Source of the DNA: Lama glama
Lineage: Eukaryota
Direction: 5' to 3'
NCBI GenBank assembly: GCA_028534125.1
Contig: CM052817.1
Span: 40,550,001-40,614,000, forward strand
Length of the DNA stretch: 64,000 bases
Shown here in pieces: positions 41,230-52,388 of this stretch. How positions within the stretch are numbered: the stretch's first letter is position 1; each line of letters opens with the position of its first letter. The notes beneath the pieces are model-generated. The model saw only the letters and a program-made list of their open reading frames with translations, ran no database searches and was not told where the DNA came from. A program made the position numbers and the translations under genes.

Positions 41230-42694
41230 GTAGAGGAAAAGCTGTTTCTATTGGCTAGGAAGGCTTGGCAAATTTTTGGAGTTCAAGGTCCTCAGCTTCA
41301 CTGAATTTTGTCCAAATATACCCAGCTAATTTTCAGTTCCACTCTTTCCTTAAATGTTTTAACTTTAACGTAAGAGATTATGCAAGTTAATTCGATTTGC
41401 TCTGTAATTCAACCTTCTTCATGAGCAGATTTTGGGTTTGTTTTTCATTAATCTTGACCCTGTGGCTATATCAGGTAAGGGTTTTTTTCCCCCAATGCAG
41501 GAAAGAAACTTTATGGTTCCTTATCCTCAAAGTAGAACTTTACACCTTGAGCATATCATTTTCTTTCTCTAAATTCTCCAGTGTAATTTGAAATACTCCA
41601 CTCCACAGTCCTTGTACCATTTATTTCCATATGTTATTGCAGGAAATTCTTGGTAGTCCAAGGTGATAACTAACCATTTGCCACTGTATACTACTGGCTG
41701 TTAATGCCATTATCACTGGCAACAGGATCCTTTAAATCTAATGGGATCAGAGAATCAATTCCCATCCTTAAAGTTCTGTGCCTCCTGGAAACCACCTCTA
41801 TTACCAATAACTAGGTGTTTTAAGGAAATCAAGCCACTGCAAGTAATCTGGAAGAAACAGATTTAATGTAGGAACTGAGGGTTAGGTGAAAGTAGGAGAA
41901 ACTGGAGGAGGATACGTCTGGGAGATGCAGCAGAAGGATTATAGAATACTCACTAATGACATTGGTTTGAAGTATTGGAGCAGATGAAGAAGCCGGAACC
42001 CATGTAAGACGACAGAGCTTGCTGCCATTTATGGTCACCTTGACTACAAAGCAGGAGTTTGCATATGTTTGAGATGCCATTGTGTTTGCCTGCCACAGCT
42101 GCGAAGTGAGAGCTTGTGGCAAGATTTGGGAAGCTGGGAACTGCCACAATCTCCTGGAAGAAGAAAAGTCTGTGAGCTGCTACAGAGAATAAAAGCTTCT
42201 TTTCCCTGCCTTCCCTATATACTGTGAGCACCTCTCACTGGCAAACTCTAACTTGGAATCATCAAGGGAGGGGAATTCTGGGAACCGTTCTTGGCTTCTC
42301 CTTTGCAATGTGGAGATGGTACACATGGGTGGCAGTAACACAAAGTTGACAACTAACAATTCAGCATAGTTAGAATACTTTTAATTCTGAGAAATTAACT
42401 GGCAAATCAAACTGGCTTAAATGATAAAGGGAATGTATGGAGTCAGTGACTGTCCAGAGGTAGGGATAGCTGTAGGTGGAAACTGACCTGGTTGCTCAAA
42501 GAATGTGACCAGGACCTGATATCCTGTCTTCCACGTCTCAGTAACTCTTTATTGCTCTTTGATTCCTATCTTCATAGGCATCTTTTTGTTGCAAAACAGC
42601 TGCTGGTTTTCCCTCTGCTACATGCTTCTCAGTTTATGACTGACTAATGAGTAGGAGAGGATTTCTTCACTCAAATGTCAAAGAGAAATTCTTG

Positions 42695-42824
42695 GCAGGG
42701 GAGGGGACAGCTCACATGGTAGAGTGCATGCTTCCCATGCAGGAGGTCCTGGGTTCAATCCCCAGTACCTCCTCTAAAAGTAAAATAAATAAAACTATTT
42801 ATACCCCTCCTCCCAAAAAAACAC
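42695..42824 (+). mobile_element. Vic-1-like SINE with 16-bp TSD, inserted in an older MLT1J/K-like LTR
   Basis: TSD CAAAGAGAAATTCTTG at 42679-42694 and 42825-42840; head ggggaggggacagctcacatggtagagtgcatg..gggttcaatccccagtacctcc. Confidence 0.9.
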
Positions 42825-43844
42825 CAAAGAGAAATTCTTGAATGTGATTGGTTGATGTAGGCTGTGTGCCCTTCCCAAACCAAAATGATGTGACTAGGGG
42901 TGATGAGTTCATTCAGATTAGTCAACTGGAGAAGGGACAATCGATGTTCGGGGGGGCTCCAACTCCAAATGTCTACCATGGTAGCCCAAATATCAAGGAC
43001 ATGAAACAGTTAAACAGAATAACCCCTCCTACTATGGTCAGAGGGACTCTGTGATTATGTATCACTACTTTTAAAGTGTGACTTTTGAGCAACTGTGCTG
43101 AGTCTGAGCACCTGAGAACTCTCAGCCCTGGTGTAAGGAAGTGATTATTCTCAGGCAGCTTGTATGGGACGAGGAATATCAAACAACTCAGAGACACTGC
43201 AATAAAGGAAAAGGCTCCAAACAGCCCGAGGACAAGAAACATGTTCCTAAACTTTTTTGTGGCTTTCAGTATTTGTTGAACCTTAATCTGAAACCCAACT
43301 TGTCTATATTATGTTCTCTTTCAATAATTATTCTCTTGAACTCCTACAAACTAAATAGGACAAAATCAGCAGCTAAAAGAAACTTAAAGGTAGGCTATGA
43401 ACCAAAACCTGGTATTATTTGGCTTTAGCCTTGATCCCTGGGAAAAGAAAGAAGTCTGGATAATCCAACATGCCAGAACTCAGTTCTAGTCACAATACTG
43501 TACTTAATGCAATGCCAAAGGCAGGATTATGAGAAGGCTCTGGATGAGCCCTAGCTGCAGCAGCTAACCAAAATTTCATCCCAGAGCTTCGGAAACGGGG
43601 AGGGAAAAAAGGAAAAAAAACCCCGAATTTAATGGAAACGTTAGTCTTATTCTTTATTGGAAAGAGCAATAATGTTAATCCAATTCTTGCCTTATTTTTA
43701 TGACCTCCTGCTGTCATCAGAGCTTGTTTTTCTTTGTAGAAAATGTCATTCTAGAAAGCATAAAGTCATATACCACTTATAAATAGCACCTTATTTGGAG
43801 ATTAGCCTCTTGCCAGAAGAAATCAACCATGAGAGGCCTCATGA

Positions 43845-44500
43845 CTGGCCTTCTAACTCATCCTCCTGATACCTACCCTCCCACAGTCTACTGTCCATAC
43901 AACATCCAGAATGGTCTGGATTATCAGAATCCAGATTATAATTAACCAGATTATTCTGCCCACCTAAAGTTTAAATTAGGTCATATCCTCCCCCTGCTCA
44001 AAACCCTTCCAGATTCACATCACATTTGTAATAAAAGCCAAGTGCTAACTGCATCTTACAAGGCCCTGGGAGACCTCGTTTCTGAATACCTCTCAGTTAT
44101 GATCTATTGTTTTCTTGCCTTCACTCTATTCAGCCACATTGGCTTCTATCATTCACTGTAAGTGCCAAGCACACTCCTGTTTCTGCCTTGTAAATTCTTC
44201 CCTCAGCTCTGTTTAACGCTTTCTCCCTCGCCTCCTTCTGGGCTCCACTTAAAAAGGTACCTCCTTGAAGGGTCTCTCTGACCACTGTATCTAAAATAGT
44301 ACATAATCTGTCTCTAGCACTGTACTCATTTTTCTTCCTATCTCTACCTAAAATTGTATTATATTATTTTGTCTGTTGTTTGCCTCTTCCACTAGAATGT
44401 CAGCTCCATGAGACTAAAGACCTTGTCTGTTTTGGTCATTGTTACATTCCCAGCACCAGAAATGCACCTGTGCCATGGGTTTCATGGTCAAAGATGAATA
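43845..44500 (+). mobile_element. L2 3' end
   Basis: ctgctcaaaacccttcca..acaaggccctg..cagccacattggc..ctagaatgtcagctccatgag..ttgtctgttttggtcattg..cccagcac..gatgaataaa. Confidence 0.75.
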
Positions 44501-44842
44501 AATCTAGAAATAAACCATTGTTTATGTTCTAAGAAGCATTTGGAGGAATGCAGATTATTTTAGAGGTAGAAGTCGGTGACTGATTGGTTATGGGGGGTGA
44601 AGACGGGGGTGTTATCAGGGACTTCTTGATTTTTTTGTCAGGAGCCCATGGGTGGGGGGAGGTGTCACGTACTGAGAAGAGGAAGACCAAATGATTTGTA
44701 GGGAAGACGAGTTCAGTTTTGGACATCTAAAGCTTGAGATGCCTGTGGGACATCCAAGTGGAAAAGTTAGGTAGGCAATCGAATACATAGGTCTAGAGTG
44801 ACAGTTAACTTTTCTTATTGTTTGGATCGTTTCTGAGCTGGG

Positions 44843-44964
44843 TTTTTTTTTTTTGTTGTTGTTGTCCATTTGTTTATTTATATTTTACAGAGATACTGCA
44901 GATTGAACTGAGGACCTCATGCATGCTAAGCATGCGCTCTACCACTGAGCTGTTATCCTCCCCT
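44843..44964 (-). mobile_element. Vic-1-like SINE
   Basis: gattgaactgaggacctcatgcatgctaagcatgcgctctaccactgagctgttatcctcccc; flanks gagctRggtttt. Confidence 0.85.
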
Positions 44965-47459
44965 CGAGCTAGGTTTTCTTTAATTGAATCTAAAGGCACC
45001 CTACTGACCTCTCTCTGGTTAAGCTCAATTTAGATTCTACAATAGACTTGCTAAGTGAAATTTGACAGTTCATAGTGATAGGGCCGCTATTTTTCTCTAA
45101 GTGAAATGAGAGCTTCCTGACAGGCAAGAATGATAATAGAGAACGTTCACTGGACAATTGGTCACTTCACGTAAAATCACAAGCTAATTCTTCAACAAAA
45201 TGCTTACATCCTTTTGAGGGTGTTTTGCAACTGAGTAAATGGCTGTTTAACATGATTGTAGAAGAGGCTCAAGGATGTGTACCTTGTATAGGAAATGGGT
45301 TCTTCATGCTGTTTCTTCTGGACACTGTTTATTCTAGGTTGCCAAATGGAATGCATACTCCACGTAAAAAATTTTTGAGCAAAGATACGCTTGTCCCATA
45401 TGTAGAGTGTATTTAGCAGATTAAAACTGCGACTCCTTAACTTAGGTGTGTACATTTTGTCCTGCGTAAAAGTGATTCCAGTTTAAACCTCAAATGAACT
45501 TTTTTTGGCCTTTTATAAGTAGTCTAGTTTTTTCCTGCACTTTTGGCTTCTTAAGTACTGAATCTAACAAGGATCTACTGTTTCAAGTGTTATCTGAAAC
45601 GCACTGGGAACCTCCTGGAGCGTGGAGTTTCTCGTAAGACGGACATTGAGAAGGGACACTACTTCCCTGCAGTGGTCTGGGCCAGTCTAATATAGTGCTA
45701 ATATATCATCTCCAGCTACTTCAACATTAAATTTTTACCTATGAATATGGAATAAAAGTTTGGTTTTCTCCTTCTTAAGGCATTTCACACATCAGCAAGT
45801 GGTTAGAGGAAGCATTTTTATGCTAGAGATAAAGTGGAATGGTGGGCAGAGACTTAAGTCCCTGGAAGAATACCTAGTTTGCCTGAAAGATCTTAAAACC
45901 AGCAAGTTGTCATTCAACAATTCAACCAGCAATTAGTCTACTATATCTGAGTGTGTATACACATATGCATGAGGTAGGAAGGATACAAAGAACATATTAT
46001 CTTTAATTTTCAGGAACTCATGGTCTAGTACAATTGCATATTTAGAAGAGCAGAAGCAAGGATAAAGGCTGTGAGAATGGATGATTAATTCTGCCTCAGG
46101 GAGCCTGAGAAGTCCCAAAATAGTAACATCTAACTGGGGTTTTGAAGGAGGAATAGTTTACCAGGCCGATGAGGAATGTGAAAGAACTAGGGTTGAAGTT
46201 AAGTGACTTATAAGAGGAATGCTGGGTGGATAGGAGGTGCAGGAGCACAGGGTGCAGAGATTTGGACCATAATATGGGATATGAGTGATAAGGCATCATA
46301 CATACTCACATAACATACAGTACAGGTGTTAGCTTTAAAATCATTCCTAGGTTTTCTGGAATTTTTAAGTATAAACTCCAAGAAGTCCAGAAGCTACCGG
46401 GCTGTGTGAATTAAAACGAACCTTTGGGAAAAGTCTTATTACTAAAAGGCAGGTACTTCTAAAGCTGTTTTAAGAGCAAAAGAATCCTCTCTTGACTGCA
46501 AAAGAGATTCAAGAGACACCCTCTTAGGTGATCTTCCTCTTAGTTGTCTCTAAATTGAAATAATTGGTTTGAGCACAATACCCACTTTGTTCTTGGTTCT
46601 TATTTTGACAGGTGGAGACATACCTGTAGTCACTACCACTTGATCTAAAATACACATTCTTAGCATTGCCTGGGTATGATTTACCTAATACAGGAATTCA
46701 GCGTTTTTTAAGATGTTTTCATAATTTGATCTGTATTCCTGGGTTTTAATTATTCTGTAATGCAAATTCTGCAAACTTGTCTAATTATAAAAAAAATTAC
46801 ATGCTTTTAAAACCCTCCTTTGAGATTTTTGGATAGTGTCAACACAAATTCATTTAATTACATAGTGGAAAACAAATAAATTCTTCGGAGTTCTTTGCTA
46901 TATTTCTCACTAGTCTTCATTTCCTCAGTGTCTGGGCACATGCTAAACAGGCAAATAATCATTTGTTGACTAAAGAAGTACCTAAAAACTTCATTTTCTT
47001 CTAGATGTAATTGCAGGAAGCTGCAAATCCCAAAGCCCAAATAATCCAGTTTCCAGCCAAGGCACCTGGGATTTCTAATAGGTCTATTAAAGAACTTGAA
47101 TGTTATCCGGCATAAAACGCCTAGCGGTATTTAACAACAATCCCCGCCCCCCTAAACCCCACAACACAACAGAAAAACCTTGGGAAGATGATTCACAGCA
47201 TTTATACATTCTATTTAGTACAAGGACTAAAAGGCATTAAATTAAACGACTGGTTGATCTAATCCACTTCCCAACTCTCAGGATTTTCAAAGAATCTTGG
47301 TAGGTTTCAGGAACCTCAAATAAAGCAAGCAAAGCGAAACAATCCCTGTTCCTTAAAATATGCAAGCTACCTGAATATTTTGACGAAAAAGTTCTGGAGA
47401 AATGCAAGCAAGTAAAAAAATCTTACTTAGAAAGCAAATCTTAAAAGAAAAAGCAGCCC

Positions 47460-49020
47460 TAATCGTCAGCAGCCTCAGCCTGCCGGCCGGGGGCTGGGAA
47501 GCCCGGCGACGATTGTCGGGGAAACCTCAATGTCACCCGGTCGTCGGCGACTACGGTGGGCGGAGAGCTGCCGCAGTCCGTGCCCGCGCCGCCAACCCCG
47601 GCACCTCGCTCACGGTACCGCGAGCCAGGCGTCCCCAGGAGCCTCGTGGGACAGAGCCGACACCTCAGGACAGCCTTCCTTCCAGGGATGGCACCTCCCG
47701 CACAGAAGGAGCCGCCGGCTGTGCACCTCCCCTCCCCCACTCCCAATCCGCAGGCGCACAGGGGACAGTCGCCTTCCGGGAGGCGCTACCACACCCCTGC
47801 CCGACGCCGCTGCTCCCGCCCGCTCCTGGGAGTGGGGGTGGGGTTAGTGGATAAGCGGCCTGGAACCCTCGCAAAGGCGGGGGCGGAGGAAGGAGCCCCT
47901 CTAGCCGCGCCTTCGAAACAGCGCTCCTTGTTCTCGATGGTCCCCGCGCGGCCGTCTCATCGAACGCCATTTCCGGTTCCTTTTAAAGGCCCCTAGCTGT
48001 GCGGCGCGGCGCGTGAGAGGAAGGCATAAAAGGGAGCGAGAGGGCGGGACCGAGGAGGAAGGGGAAAAAAAACTAGCGGTAGAGGGGGCGGGGGAGGTGC
48101 AAAGGGCGCGCTCGCGCGTCACGTGACCGGGACGCGCCGTTCTTCCGTCGGCCATTTTAGGTGGTCCGCGGCGGCGCCATTAAAGCGAGGAGGAGGCAAG
48201 AGCGGCCGCCGCTGCTTCTTATTCTTTTTTAGTGCAGCGGGCGAGAGCGGGAGTGCGCGCCGCGTGAGAGTGGGAGGCGAGGGGGGCAGGCCAGGGAGAG
48301 GCGCAGGAGCCTTTGCAGCCACGCGCGCCTTCTCTGTCTTGTTGTGTGCTTCGCGCGGTAGAGCGGGCGCGCGGCAGCGGCGGGGATTACTTTGCTGCTA
48401 GTTTTCGGCTCGCGGCAGCGGCGGGTGTAGTCTCGGAGGCGGCGGAGGCACTAGCACTATGTCGGAGGAGCAGTTCGGCGGGGATGGGGCGGCGGCGGCG
48501 GCAACGGCGGCGGTAGGCGGCTCAGCGGGCGAACAGGAGGGAGCCATGGTGGCGGCGGCGCAGGGGGCAGCGGCGGCGGCGGGAAGTGGAGCCGGGACCG
48601 GGGGCGGAACCGCGGCCGGCGGCACCGAAGGGGGCAGCGCCGAGTCCGAGGGGGCGAAGATCGATGCCAGTAAGAACGAGGAGGATGAAGGGTGAGTAAG
48701 GGGCGGCCCGGGATAGTCAGGCCCAACTATCCCCCCTCCCCCTCCCTGCCCCCCGCCATTAGGCCTCGTTCCCGCTCTCCGCCCGCCCTCCAGGCCCAAT
48801 GCAGTTTCCCTTCACTGTTCTCCCCTTCTCTTCGCTGGGCTCCCCGGGGTTTTCATTTCCTTCTCCCCCTGCCTGCTTATCGCCCCCTCCCCCATCACAC
48901 ACGTTTCCACCTTTAGCCGTCACCATGCTGTTCCCCGGCCCGCCCTCCTTCCCTCCCTCGCCTTGGGTCTCCTCCCACCGACTTAGCCGCCAGGATTTTT
49001 TCCCGCCTGTCGAGGGGTAC
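47460..49020. promoter_or_regulatory. HNRNPD: HNRNPD CpG-island promoter; likely TSS near 48142 (CTTCCGTCGGCCATTTT)
   Basis: CpG-rich; GC boxes, palindromic E-box GTCACGTGAC 48118-48127, pyrimidine initiator followed by YY1-type GCCATTTT 48151-48158; a further CGCCATTT plus TTCCGG near 47964-47976. Confidence 0.88.
48459..48691 (+). CDS. HNRNPD: hnRNP D / AUF1, coding exon 1 (Ala/Gly-rich N-terminus)
   Basis: MSEEQFGGDGAAAAATAAVGG...GAKIDASKNEEDEG; 233 nt, donor GG|gtgagt. Confidence 0.97.
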
Positions 49021-50579
49021 CTTTTTTCTTTTCCCACTGTCTTCTCCCTTCCTGGTTTTCTAAAGTCCTCGGCAAAAAACGCAGTCAGACACAAAAGCCT
49101 TTATGCCTGGACAAACTAAGGCTTATTTGGTGCCTCCTAACTCTTAACATCCCAAGACGATGTGTGGTTCTTTATAAGCACATGCTTCGGGGAACATGTA
49201 GGCTGTCCAGCTCTGCACCTCCCGCCTCGGCTTCAGGCCGAATGTTTTTCAGTATTTTGAGTAAGTTTCGCCTCCACCTCTTCGTTTTTCCAGTATGCAC
49301 TATCGCACAACAACTTGCTTACGTAGTCTCTACTTTACAGCTTACAGAACCAATTGGCCCTGGTGAAATTTCCCAAATCGCCTGTTGGTGCGTTGGTTTT
49401 GCTCCACGGGCTTTCCTTAAGTTCCTTGTGGGCTGGGCCTGCACTTGACTGGAGCTGTTCTGCCTCCGGCTTGCTGACTGCCCTTCCCCCACCCCGCCGA
49501 GTTATTCTGTCCGCGCACCTTTTTCGCGCCTTCAGCTTTTTGGGTCCCCAACTGTTCGTACAGGTTGTACTCCTGCTTTACGTTTTCTGTGCAATTTCCA
49601 TTTTTTAACCAACGCTCCCACCCCACCTCGTGCCCAGGATCCTTTTTTTGATCTCTCTTGATTTCTCCTTTCCGCTCTCTCATTTAAGTTGAAAGAGGCC
49701 CACTAGCCTTCTACCATAAAATGAACAAATCCTGTATTGTGCCATGGCATTTTTTTCTTTTTTGCAGGTTTTTAAGTAGTAACTTGCTTTCTCCAATTGG
49801 AATACGTTGTATATATTATTTCACGCTGCATTTATTTATTAGAGCGTATTGGGAGCGGGGAGCATAATACAGGAGTTAGCAGGAGGGACTAAATCGGGGT
49901 TCTTGGTTGGGTTTTCTTATTCCCGTTACTGACTGCTGATCTTGGGTTAACGCTTCCATTACTTTTTGTAATTGGTTGTGTGTATGAAACTTTTTTCACT
50001 GTGACAAGGAGAAAGGTGTTGGTGGAAGGTAAAAGCAATAAAATGTTGCTTTAACCCAATATTAGAAAATACGATTTCTTTTTTTGGGAAAAAGCACAAG
50101 GTTTGGAGGGGTGAGAGAGAAGCCCTTTGGAGTATAGGATTTAATAATCTCAGCCTAGGCAGACTACTGTCAGGCTGTTTTGCCGATTGTGCTGGCTTTG
50201 GGAGAGTAGAGGTGGGATGGGAAAGTAGTTTTTCTTAATTTATCTTTTTCCTTTCCTTAATTTATCTTGAATTACATACACCTTAATTTAAGAAAAGGAT
50301 ATGTTAGATATTTGGGAACTTTAACATTTGGAAGCCTTTAACATTTTGGTTTTTGTTTTCTGAATTCTATTTTTTGGACAGAGGCACCAAAATGACTAAC
50401 TGTATAACTTGCTGTTTGGGGCAGGCTTTCTGTTTGATTTTTCAAATCACAAAGCAGCTGCCTTTGTAGTTATGTGCTGTTGAACTGAACTGTAAATGAA
50501 TTAAAGTTTTAACCCTAACAATGTCAAAAACTAAAACTAGAATTTTGATTGGTTGCTGTACCGGTTGTTAATTCCCTAG

Positions 50580-50636
50580 CCATTCAAACTCCTCCCCACG
50601 ACACTCTGAAGCAGCGACGGCACAGCGGGAAGAATG
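50580..50636 (+). CDS. HNRNPD: HNRNPD exon 2 (57-nt cassette, p40/p45 isoforms)
   Basis: tag|C CAT TCA AAC TCC TCC CCA CGA... = HSNSSPRHSEAATAQREEW; donor TG|gtaaaa; phase 2-2. Not in the ORF track; found by reading the sequence. Confidence 0.95.
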
Positions 50637-52292
50637 GTAAAACTTTTAAATTTTATTTTTGTATTATAAAGGTTTCAGTAGTCATGCAGAGGCTGTGTAT
50701 TGGTTAGTTGCCCACTGATCCCCAGGAAATTCTAGACTTTAGTACAATAGGATGTTTTATACCTGGGATATAAAACCTTTTTAGGCATCTTGTGTGATCT
50801 TTGGGCAAAATTGATGCTATTACACGGTTTTTGGTCTGTGGTAATGCATGTAATTGTGGTTTGGGCTATTAAAGCTTAATGCAATTAGTAATGATATTTG
50901 TATATCTGGGCAAGAAAAATATTACTGTAATTTTAAATTTGATTTGTTTTTAAGACGAAGGTATTTTTGTTGTTAACTAACTAATGCTATATGTGAAGGT
51001 TATTTGATACAAAGTATTTTGTGTTTAAAATGTCTTGCATGTTATACTGAAATATTCTGGAGATGTCAGTAGTAAAATAATTTTCAGTAGTGTTGTGTGT
51101 ATGTATGCAAAAATGAAGTCTTTTATCGCCAACCATATTTGTAAATAGAACTTTAGTAAGACTTGCATATGTACTATTAGAGGTGCGCTGATGTGGCTTT
51201 CCACTACAGCTTAAATCAGATTTTTAAATTTAAGTGTGATTTGGCTGGAATGTTAATTACAGTTGATTGGTTGACGTGTGTTTCACAATTGCATGACTTC
51301 TTGGAAGGCTGGTAGATTGAATATTCTTTTTTCCTTTCCTTTCCCCTAAATGTTGGTATTTGAGTTTGTATCCACCAACACTGGAGTTTAAAGAGCCAGT
51401 AACTTCCAGATAGTTGACTTACATCTGTACAAACTATATTCTACTTTAAGAGCCCAGTTGAGATAACATTTAAGTTTTACAGCAGTTTATTGCTATTATT
51501 TTCTTTCACTGAAATTTGTCCAGTTTTATATTGGAGATAAAACAGAATAGAACCAGTAGGCAAAAGAAAACAAAAGAACCTGTGGTTGTAGTTTGACATA
51601 CAGAATATGTCTTTTTGAAGGAAATGATTCTGTTTGTCACTGTGATAGTTCAATTTCACTGCTAGGTAATAGTGGAAACTAATAAAAACTGTGCTTTACT
51701 ACATTACATATTTCAAATCTTATATAAGCACTTATTTTCATTAATTTGAAAAGCACTGTAAACTTAGGTTTAAAGGTCACTGTTTTGACTCTTGGAATAT
51801 TTATATGTGGTCTGCTACCTTGAGTGACCTCTTAGGAAAAATGGACAATTAAATATTTATAGTTAATGAACATTTTAGATTATGAAGTTCACTTAAGTGA
51901 GTTTACATTTAACAAATTTAGCAAATAATATTTTCATTTTTAAAGTTTAGTACTTGGCTTAACCACTACTGCCCAGTCAGTTATCCTCATCTGGTAGATG
52001 TTCTTTTTTCTTCTTGAACACACACAAAAAACTTAAGTCCTTTAATCTTTCTGGTGTCTTTGCACTTGCCTCCCACACCCCAGTCTGTTATTCTCTGTCT
52101 CCCAGTTTGAGGGAAGTTTGGCAGAAGTTTCATAATGATCAGTGGTGAGGTTAATTAAGACTGGTTACTAGATACAAAGTGATCTAAATTTCTTAAAGAC
52201 ACACTGTGCGTTACTTTTTAGTTTTAATGAGACTAAAGTGATGACAGTTTCATCCTAAAAATATTTTAAAATGCTTTTGTTGTAGACTTAAG

Positions 52293-52388
52293 TTTTTTTT
52301 GTTTTTTTTTTGGTGGAGGTACTGGGGATAAACCAGGCCCTCTTGCATGCTAAGTGTGCACTCTACCACTGAGCTATTACCCTCCCCC
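52293..52388 (-). mobile_element. Vic-1-like SINE in HNRNPD intron 2 (antisense)
   Basis: ggaggtactggggataaaccaggccctcttgcatgctaagtgtgcactctaccactgagctattaccctcccc; short TSD cttaagt. Confidence 0.85.

Noticed and set aside
47402..49119. Multiple 100-150 aa ORFs around the HNRNPD promoter
   Set aside because: GC-rich island artefacts; only 48459-48691 matches a known protein and has a proper donor.
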